Source: Candidatus Latescibacterota bacterium (GTDB lineage: Bacteria > Latescibacterota > UBA2968 > GCA-2709665). From it: a DNA stretch of 64,000 bases. Below are positions 56,888 through 64,000 of this stretch, piece by piece; within the stretch, counting starts at the first letter, position 1, and each line of letters starts with the position of its first letter. The translations under genes were made by a program, and so were the position numbers. The DNA is taken from NCBI GenBank assembly GCA_963662665.2, contig CAXXJS010000020.1:32001-96000 (forward strand), read 5' to 3'. The notes under the pieces are model-generated. The model was not told where the DNA came from and made no database searches. It saw only the letters and a list, made by a program, of their open reading frames with translations.

Positions 56888-58171
56888 ATGGGCGAAACAA
56901 CGCTTTTTGATGCGTCATACGAAAAACGCAGGAACCCGTTGCTGAAGCAGGTGCTGGAGCGGTTGTACCCGATTTACTCGCCTGAAGAACGCGAGGTCAT
57001 ACGCATTGATTCCATCAGCAGGGAGCTGCTCTCCCGCCCCTCGGGGCGCGGTTTTGTCAACCGCGACCTCCTCGAGACCGTTCTGGGCAATCTGCTCGAA
57101 TGCGTCGCGCCGGGCTCCCATAACGTTCAGGCAGCCGGGCCGACGGACAGCCTGGAGGATGCAGTCGGAGAGATCGCCGACCAGATCTATGCGATGATCG
57201 CGCAGTCGTTTCTGGCGGCGGAAGGGAACGGCAGAGATATCGAAACCCCGACCCTGGACGCCACCTTCTCGCTCCTGGCCGACCTGCCCCACCTCAAAAG
57301 CCGGGCACTGTGGAACCGGTTCGCTTCGTTGAAGGATCCGGCGGTATGGGATGCCTATATCGTGGCCAAACATCGAACCCAAATCAGCAGGTTAGCGGAC
57401 CTGGACCACGGTTCTGTGCTGGACAATGCGATCGATATCCGTGATTTCAATCCATATCGGGATTTTCTGAAGACTCGGAATCTGGACTTTGCATTCGACT
57501 ATCTCATGCAGCTGGTGATCAGCACCTACCCCGGCTGGCGTGTACTCTTCTATCATGACGTTGCCCACGCCCTCACCAGGTCCGGTTCGGCGGAAGGCCT
57601 TACAGATGTCGAACGCAAACCGGTCCCGCTTCTGCCGCGCGCCATTTCGGAACTTGGCGCCAGGTATTACCAGGCCGACCTGCATCCTGAAACCGTAATC
57701 GGCGACGCAAACTTCCTCGATCATCCGCACCGGGGCCTGACAACCGGCCAGACCGGTGTAATCGGCTCCGGTTGTTACATCTATCCTTGCACGATGGGTG
57801 GCCTCAGCGGCAAAGTCAGGCACCGGCACCCGGAAATCGGCGATCATGTCCAGATTGGTACCGATGCCACCCTCCTGGGGCCCGTCAGAATCGGCAATCA
57901 TTCCACCGTTGGTCCCAATACTCAGGTGTATGGCTACGTGCAAACCGACACGGAGTGCCGAATCGCCTCGTCGGTTGTCGTCGGCACCGTATTGAGCGGC
58001 GACAGGAGGCCGGGGAGAATCCGGCTGGGCAAGGGGGTTCGCGTGGGCGACGGGACAGTGATAGAAAACAGCACCGAACTCGACCTGATCATCCCCGACA
58101 AAGCGGAAATTCCCGCGCGAAGTCACGTCATTAACGACGGTTTCGGCAATCCGAGGTTCGTGAGGGAATAA
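56888..58171 (+). CDS. Divergent serine O-acetyltransferase-like (CysE/EpsC) hexapeptide-repeat acyltransferase with a long N-terminal extension
   Basis: YPGWRVLFYHDVAHAL, PLLPRAISE, DLHP, FLDH, RHPEIGDHV, LLGPVRIG plus extra LbH turns. Confidence 0.7.
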   Translation: MGETTLFDASYEKRRNPLLKQVLERLYPIYSPEEREVIRIDSISRELLSRPSGRGFVNRDLLETVLGNLLECVAPGSHNVQAAGPTDSLEDAVGEIADQIYAMIAQSFLAAEGNGRDIETPTLDATFSLLADLPHLKSRALWNRFASLKDPAVWDAYIVAKHRTQISRLADLDHGSVLDNAIDIRDFNPYRDFLKTRNLDFAFDYLMQLVISTYPGWRVLFYHDVAHALTRSGSAEGLTDVERKPVPLLPRAISELGARYYQADLHPETVIGDANFLDHPHRGLTTGQTGVIGSGCYIYPCTMGGLSGKVRHRHPEIGDHVQIGTDATLLGPVRIGNHSTVGPNTQVYGYVQTDTECRIASSVVVGTVLSGDRRPGRIRLGKGVRVGDGTVIENSTELDLIIPDKAEIPARSHVINDGFGNPRFVRE

Positions 58172-58178
58172 AAAGTAA

Positions 58179-58203
58179 CGGAGCGCATATTTCACACGCT
58201 CCG
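58179..58203. terminator. Hairpin between convergent operons
   Basis: CGGAGCG-11 nt-CGCTCCG, preceded by an A-run. Confidence 0.4.
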
Positions 58204-58285
58204 CTTGTCTCGGCCCGAATGGCCATTTGAAGCGCCCGTCTCGCTCCGATGCCGGCCGGGCGCTCGGCGGGAGAATTTCGGCGAT

Positions 58286-59113
58286 CTATTTCCGGGCCGG
58301 AGCACGAGGCGCTTCCCGGTGGAATTCGATATCGGCATACCAGGTCGACGCCCTGCTGTCCGTATTGTCGGTATCCGTCATCAGATAAACCCGCAGTATT
58401 TTACCCGGTTCCTCGCCCGGGTATCCTCTCTTGTAGTCCTCGTAGAGATTCCGCACTTCCGGCACCCACTGCTTCATCCTGCCCGGCCCGCTTTCAACGA
58501 CTATTCGCCGCCACGACAGTTTCCAGACAAACGGGATGATCGTGGTCTCCGACGTGAACATAAGCGACTCCGGCAGTGTATTGGACCAGACGTACGCGAT
58601 CTCCCGGATGTTGTTCGTACCCTTCTCCAGGATCGCGATTCCCAATTTCGCGCTGAAGTCGTCGTCCTGTTTCTTCAACCTGCCGCCCTTCTCCAGTCGT
58701 TGTCGACCGATAGTGGAATAGTCCACTTTCCAGCGCCAGGTCAGATACGGGGTTTCGGCCACGTCGATCAGTGTGTCGAACCCGCGCTTCCTGATGATCT
58801 TTTCGAACTCTCTGGGTGGCCGCTTACACCGCGCGACCCACGGGTAACGGGCTGGATCCAGCGCCATCGGACGGCCTGATCGCGTCGGTATCTGCCACAG
58901 CAGCGCGGCAGCCCCTTCGCTGATGAATCGCACCGAATTGTCAGCGTACTGGAATTTCGTTTTCGTATTGCATTCAGCCCAATCTCTTTGCAGCCACGCG
59001 CTCATGTCTACCCGCAGCCCCTTCCCGTCCGCCTTTGCTGCCGCGAAGGCGACGCCGGCCGACCAGGCGAGCGCAAAGAACGTAAACCTCCAAACCCGCC
59101 GGACGCGCATCAT
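58286..59113 (-). CDS. Secreted DUF3047-domain protein
   Basis: Signal peptide; TPYLTWRWKV, DDFSAK, IAYVWS, IVVESG, WVPEVRNLYEDY, MTDTDNT, YADIEF. Confidence 0.85.
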   Translation of the reverse strand: MMRVRRVWRFTFFALAWSAGVAFAAAKADGKGLRVDMSAWLQRDWAECNTKTKFQYADNSVRFISEGAAALLWQIPTRSGRPMALDPARYPWVARCKRPPREFEKIIRKRGFDTLIDVAETPYLTWRWKVDYSTIGRQRLEKGGRLKKQDDDFSAKLGIAILEKGTNNIREIAYVWSNTLPESLMFTSETTIIPFVWKLSWRRIVVESGPGRMKQWVPEVRNLYEDYKRGYPGEEPGKILRVYLMTDTDNTDSRASTWYADIEFHREAPRAPARK

Positions 59114-59137
59114 ACCGATACTTACCCGCCTTATTGA

Positions 59138-60253
59138 TTATTGCGACATGATCTCCCGATACACACCCATGGTCTTTTGCGCGCAATCCTGCCACGTATA
59201 ACGCGCTGCCCGGCGCCTCCCCCTGGCCACAAGGCGTTCCCGCAATGCCTCGTCCCTTATCAGACGCGTCATTCCGCCGGCGATGGACGCAACCTCAAAG
59301 GGATTTACAAGTACGGCCGCGTCGCCGGCGATTTCCGAGAGAGAGGACGCATCCGAGGTCAAAACGGGACATCCGTTGGCCATCGCTTCAATCACCGGCA
59401 GCCCGAATCCCTCTACAACAGATGGAAAAACGAAGAAAACTGCCTCCTGGAAGCACGCGCGTACTTCGCCATCGCTCAATTGCTCGGTAAATAGGACGTT
59501 TCGAGTGATCCCGAGGTTCCGCGTGAGTTCAGCCAGCGTGGCGTATCCGTCGCCCCGTCCGCTGATCAGCAGGAACACATCCGGAGATTGTTTCGCGACC
59601 ACGCCGAAGGCCTCGATGAGACGCCGGATATTCTTATATGGCTTTGTATTGCCAAGCGAGAAAATGAATCGCCGACCACGGCAGACTTCAGGTAGCGCTC
59701 CCGCAACGTTTTCTTCCCTCGATGACCCGTCACTTCCGTGATGAATTGCCGTGAATTTCGAAGGCGACCCAGGATACCGCGCAAGTGCGTCCCGCCTTGT
59801 CGTTTCGGAAACCGTAATTACATGGTGGGCTTTCCTGACGGAATTTCCGATCAAAGGACCGGCAAAACGGCGTGCCATCCATCCGCGCCATCGCGCTTCG
59901 TAAGCGATATCGGGCGAATTTATCCAGATCAAGTCATGCAGGGTGAGGACGATCCGCCTGGCCCGGACGCCGAGGGGAAGAAGATGAAAGAGACAATGGT
60001 ATATGTCGGCCCGGAGTGGATTCACGACGCTGGCCCCTCCGACAATGTTTCGGCCCGTTGAAATTCCGTATGGAACCGCGATGTCCGTAAAATTGGTCTG
60101 TTCTACCAGCGGACGCGGATAGGCGGCCCGTCTCAGCAGAAGGTATTCGTTGTGCCGATCCAGCCTGGCAATGGCCCGGACCAGGCTGAACGCGTACCTG
60201 CCAACGCCGGTTTCAACGTCACGGACCTCTCGCGCATCGATACAGATTCTCAC
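59138..60253 (-). CDS. Glycosyltransferase family 4
   Basis: ICIDAR, TGVGRY, TLHDLI, PYKNI, FPSVVEGFGLPVIEAM; start at GTG 60253. Confidence 0.92.
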   Translation of the reverse strand: MRICIDAREVRDVETGVGRYAFSLVRAIARLDRHNEYLLLRRAAYPRPLVEQTNFTDIAVPYGISTGRNIVGGASVVNPLRADIYHCLFHLLPLGVRARRIVLTLHDLIWINSPDIAYEARWRGWMARRFAGPLIGNSVRKAHHVITVSETTRRDALARYPGSPSKFTAIHHGSDGSSREENVAGALPEVCRGRRFIFSLGNTKPYKNIRRLIEAFGVVAKQSPDVFLLISGRGDGYATLAELTRNLGITRNVLFTEQLSDGEVRACFQEAVFFVFPSVVEGFGLPVIEAMANGCPVLTSDASSLSEIAGDAAVLVNPFEVASIAGGMTRLIRDEALRERLVARGRRRAARYTWQDCAQKTMGVYREIMSQ

Positions 60254-60266
60254 CGTACCTCCTCTC

Positions 60267-61787
60267 TCACACGAAGATGCGTCTGATCCGGCGATAGACC
60301 CGCAACCCGAACTGCTTTTCCTCGTCTTCAATACCAAGCAGGCAGATAAACCCGCCATAACACAGAAAGACCAGTGCGGCGTGGCGCAGAACATCCCACA
60401 GCGCCGAAATCGGAGCAAGAGTTCCAAACACTGTCATCAATACCGCGGTTGCGCAGCCGGCAAGCACTGGCTTGCAGAGTTTGATGGAAAACGCATGTAC
60501 CTTCAATCTTCGAAATACCCACCAGGAGGAGAGCGTATTCGTTAAAACCGCCGTGAACGTGGCGCCGATAGCGGCGCCGGTAGGACCAAACCGGCGAACC
60601 AGAACAAGCGTACCGATCCCGCTGATCAGCAGCGTGACAATTCTTACACCCATCAGTGCATCGGGATGGCCGGTCATCACCAGAACATAGCCCGACAAAC
60701 CAAAAACAGCCGTTGCGACAGCGCCAAGCAACAGAATCAGCAGCCAGGCGTATCCAGCCGAGAATTCCGTCCCCACGAATGCGGCGATCTGGCGCCCGTT
60801 GAGGGCAAATACCAGCAGAATTGGAACGGTAACCAGCGTCACCCAGCGTGTCACAAGTTTAAAGAATCCGCCCAGGCGCGAGATCTCTCCGCGGGCATTG
60901 TATTCCGCGAAGAAAGGGTTCGCAATAGGATCGAAGGCGCCGGAGACGGCGCGCACGATTCCCGCCAGCTGGATCATCACGCCATAAACGGCGATGGTCT
61001 CGGGTTCGATAATAGATCCGACAATCACGACGTCCAATCGTCCGTTCAGTTCCGAAATCAGATCGATCAGAAACATCGAAAATGAAAAGCGAAAGAGCTT
61101 TCGCTCGAACCCGGTTCCCCTTTCGGACCACGCTCGCCATGGATAAAACCTGAAGACCGGCACAATGGAACAACATAACACGACCGCCGTAGCAACCAGA
61201 TACGCAGCGCAGATCCCCGTCAGATCCATTCCTAGCATGTAGAACAGGATCGCAAGACCGATCAACAGCGCGGGCTCGGTCAGACCTTTGACGTAAAGCT
61301 GATACTCCATCACCTTGTGTGCAATGGGAACCTGCAGCAGCAGCCCGCCTACGGTCTGGAAGAAGACGACGAATGCCATCCATCGCAGTGCGACGTCTAC
61401 CCGCTCACGGCCAATCAACCCCCCCAGTGCGTCGGAAAAGAAATAACAACCCAGGCTGGCGCCGAGGCTTAAAACGCCTCCCGCGAGAAGGGCGGTTCTG
61501 ACGCTTCCCAGGGCCCGTTGTTTCTCTCCACGGGACTGATGGTGGGCGACGTGCCGGAGCAATGCCTTGTCAAGACCGAAAAACGCGAATCGGGAAAACA
61601 GATTCACCCAGGTCCAGGCGAGATAGTAGAGACCGTAGGAAGCAGTGGAATAGAGTCGTGCGGCAATGAGATAAAATGCCGGGCGGCCCAGCTTTGAAAA
61701 CAGCGCCAGGAGATTGACGCCAACGCCGCGGGAGAGTGTCGCAAGATCCAGCGCGTTTCGCGCCTCGTCCTCTTTGTATTCAGCCAT
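60267..61787 (-). CDS. Polysaccharide flippase (Wzx/PST, MOP superfamily)
   Basis: About 14 TM segments; ARLY..ASYG, RLDVVIVG, FGPTGAAIG. Confidence 0.85.
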   Translation of the reverse strand: MAEYKEDEARNALDLATLSRGVGVNLLALFSKLGRPAFYLIAARLYSTASYGLYYLAWTWVNLFSRFAFFGLDKALLRHVAHHQSRGEKQRALGSVRTALLAGGVLSLGASLGCYFFSDALGGLIGRERVDVALRWMAFVVFFQTVGGLLLQVPIAHKVMEYQLYVKGLTEPALLIGLAILFYMLGMDLTGICAAYLVATAVVLCCSIVPVFRFYPWRAWSERGTGFERKLFRFSFSMFLIDLISELNGRLDVVIVGSIIEPETIAVYGVMIQLAGIVRAVSGAFDPIANPFFAEYNARGEISRLGGFFKLVTRWVTLVTVPILLVFALNGRQIAAFVGTEFSAGYAWLLILLLGAVATAVFGLSGYVLVMTGHPDALMGVRIVTLLISGIGTLVLVRRFGPTGAAIGATFTAVLTNTLSSWWVFRRLKVHAFSIKLCKPVLAGCATAVLMTVFGTLAPISALWDVLRHAALVFLCYGGFICLLGIEDEEKQFGLRVYRRIRRIFV

Positions 61788-62700
61788 TCCGCCTCAAATT
61801 CCGGCCGCAGTTTCCGCGGTTGTCCCGATAGAGACCCATCCCGGCCCGTATGCCTTGCGACAGCGCTTTCAGCTTCAGCGGCAAGGTCCACCAGAAGCCG
61901 AACGAACTCAAGCGGCCGCGAAGAATGAAGAACCGCACGAACAGATTGAGTATAAAGTACGGTACAAGCCGCCCGTCGAGATGTTTCAGCCAGAAATAGA
62001 GCTCATTGCAATAGGTCTTCGGATCGGCCGCCTGATCCAATACTCTGCAACCTCCGGACGGCGCCGCATGGTGGAAGACCGCGGCTTCCGGTTCGAAAAC
62101 CATCCGACCGCCTCCGGCCATGAGATATCGGAGGCAAAAATCCGTCTCCTCCCTAAGCTGGCTGCCGGTGAATCGCTCGTCAAACCCGCCACAGCGCAAC
62201 GCCTGTTCGCGAAGAAAGGAAAGATTCCCCCCGCCGCCGTGCGAGACGTTCCTGCGGCGGGTCGCATGGAAATTTGAAATCACGTGTCCATACCAGGTCA
62301 CCTCGCCGCAACGCCACGGTTCCCTGCGGCCGCGGCTACGTGAACTTATGATTCGGCCGGCCACGGCGCTGACGCCTTCAGTGTCGTAGTTGCGCGCGTG
62401 TCTTGAGATAAAGTCGCCGCACAAGTCAACGTCGTCGTCAAGACAGAGAATCACCTCCCCGCGTGCGTTCTTCAATCCCAGGTTCTTCGCTCGCGTCCCA
62501 CTCGCCGTCTCCGTACGAACGTAACGAATGCGCGTGCGGATGGAAGCAAGAAACTCCACGACTTCGGGCGGGTGTCTGTCCGTCTGGTCAACGACGATTA
62601 CCTCGAACGAGGGATAGGTCTGTCGCAATACCTGCTCCAGCGTTCTCTTCAGAAACACCGAGCGGTTGTACGTTGGAATTATGACCGATACGTGTTTCAT
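61780..62700 (-). CDS. Glycosyltransferase family 2
   Basis: VSVIIPTYNR, LCLDDD, GGFDERF, EETDFCLR. Confidence 0.92.
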   Translation of the reverse strand: MKHVSVIIPTYNRSVFLKRTLEQVLRQTYPSFEVIVVDQTDRHPPEVVEFLASIRTRIRYVRTETASGTRAKNLGLKNARGEVILCLDDDVDLCGDFISRHARNYDTEGVSAVAGRIISSRSRGRREPWRCGEVTWYGHVISNFHATRRRNVSHGGGGNLSFLREQALRCGGFDERFTGSQLREETDFCLRYLMAGGGRMVFEPEAAVFHHAAPSGGCRVLDQAADPKTYCNELYFWLKHLDGRLVPYFILNLFVRFFILRGRLSSFGFWWTLPLKLKALSQGIRAGMGLYRDNRGNCGRNLRRNG

Positions 62701-62989
62701 TATATGAAGCAGTCAGGTCGCTGTATCCGGCTGCCAGCGACAATGCCGGCTGGAATCCATCGGGAAAGAGATGGCAGCGTAATAATGTGCATTGGCAACA
62801 TCGGCCGTATCTGATTGCGGCATGTCTGTGCCGGTTGGCACGTCCGCCCGCTGAAAGGCCGTGGCGACTTCAATGCAAAATCTCCCCTATCATAGTGGAA
62901 ACTGCGTGGTAAGGCGGACGACCGGTACCCAATACTTCGCCTAACAGTCCCGATACAGGCGTTACGCTTCCGTCAGATTGGACATAAAT

Positions 62990-64000
62990 CTAACTTCCAT
63001 CCAGCATCGGTAGTTCCACGGACGGCGCATCCGACGCACAGAAGGAAATAACGCGGTCGTGCAGGGAAGGGCCGTTCAACTCCCGATAGTACGCGAACAG
63101 GTACTCGTTCATGTAACCGGCATTCCTGCCCCCGCGCTCCTCCGCCCACGCACATACCTTCCTGTCCGACCCCTTCACCTGGTACCACTCCCTTGCGAAT
63201 TTCAATACCCACGTATCCACGGGCACGGAATCAAGCCGTTCCAGCGCGAACAGGTCGATGCACTTGCCCACCTTCAGTCCGACGCCCGTTCCGGGCCGTG
63301 CCTTCAATGCATCCACAATTTCCCGCCAGTTATCCAGAGTCAGCCGCGCCGGTTGACCTCCCGCTCGCCGGGAAACAAACCGAGCCGCTGCAACAACGCG
63401 TTCCGACCGCCACCCGAAACGATTGAGCCTGAAATATGGTCCGGTCAACCGGGCTAGAGCGTCGGGTCCGGGAAACGTACAATATCTACTTCCCATAAAC
63501 TCAACCTGGCGGCCCGAGGTTTCGGCCAGGAAATTTACCCGCCGTTTGGTCAGATTCATATGCGCCTGCACCGACAACACATACGAAATCACGCACTCGA
63601 ACGGCATCTGACGGACAAACCGGAATCCCTTCAACAGATCCCTTGCGCGACGAAGGTATCGGTCTCCTCGCGGGACCCGGATTCGGGGCCTCTCGTTCAA
63701 TCTCAGGTACCAGGCCAGAAATTCACCGACGGACATCTCACCCCGGTAGGTTGCAACGGTCGATGCCCCCGTGCGATATTGCAGCGTGTCGCCGACCTGA
63801 CGCAAATGGAACACGGTTTCATAGGCAACGCCCTTCCACCATCCATCCACGTCCCGGCCCCAACGAAATACCTGGCCGCCGGCCAACGTGAACCCCAGGT
63901 TGAAATCCCTGGTTTCAATCTGACCGGTAACAGGTGGGCGTGTAGACGCGCGAAGGTTCCGCCGAAACCCGATTTCGCGCGCAGGCTCACCCGCCGGCGG
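62990..64000 (-). CDS. 8-oxoguanine DNA glycosylase (OGG1-like, HhH-GPD); start lies beyond or near the window end
   Basis: FNLGFTLAGGQVFRW, PFECVISYVLS, GVGLKVGKCIDLF, VPVDTWV, AGYMNEYLF; the frame stays open from 63886 to 64000. Confidence 0.85.
   Translation of the reverse strand, partial: PPAGEPAREIGFRRNLRASTRPPVTGQIETRDFNLGFTLAGGQVFRWGRDVDGWWKGVAYETVFHLRQVGDTLQYRTGASTVATYRGEMSVGEFLAWYLRLNERPRIRVPRGDRYLRRARDLLKGFRFVRQMPFECVISYVLSVQAHMNLTKRRVNFLAETSGRQVEFMGSRYCTFPGPDALARLTGPYFRLNRFGWRSERVVAAARFVSRRAGGQPARLTLDNWREIVDALKARPGTGVGLKVGKCIDLFALERLDSVPVDTWVLKFAREWYQVKGSDRKVCAWAEERGGRNAGYMNEYLFAYYRELNGPSLHDRVISFCASDAPSVELPMLDGS

Noticed and set aside
1-64000. CRISPR array, tRNA/rRNA, prophage, transposase or defence island
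   Set aside because: No regularly spaced repeats, RNA gene signatures or such protein motifs were seen by eye; small RNAs could have been missed without covariance search

Overview
64 kb of ordinary chromosomal DNA from a GC-rich bacterium, inferred to belong to the FCB group and probably Latescibacterota-like (based on a cohesin + FlgD-Ig/T9SS-type C-terminal domain protein and several Gfo/sugar-isomerase genes). No rRNA, tRNA, CRISPR array, prophage or transposase was recognised. In order, the window holds: mreC/mreB; a broken purC; purN; galU; a DUF402-pcm-multi-thioredoxin-cohesin block; a tetrapyrrole operon (ccsA/hemX-like, sirC-like, hemA, hemC, cobA-hemD); anmK; a DUF2723 (TMEM260-like GT-C)/GT2 pair; transporters; ggt; a single-barrel MetE-like enzyme; catabolic genes; a tandem pair of unusual ABC exporters (PH-like + Zn-ribbon N-terminus) with DUF1854; a ~1900-aa tandem-fused UvrA; phnA; nupC; a surface-polysaccharide locus; and an OGG1-like glycosylase cut by the window end. 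The best candidate for an undescribed system is the ABC-ABC-DUF1854 module. Other notable signals are the purC relic with its N- and C-termini joined across a large internal deletion, two families of short TIR-bounded MITE-like repeats (one copy sits in a promoter), a candidate LexA box in the uvrA promoter spacer, and an identical 13-bp motif at the galU and gmd promoters. All family assignments come from motif recognition by eye; no searches were run.
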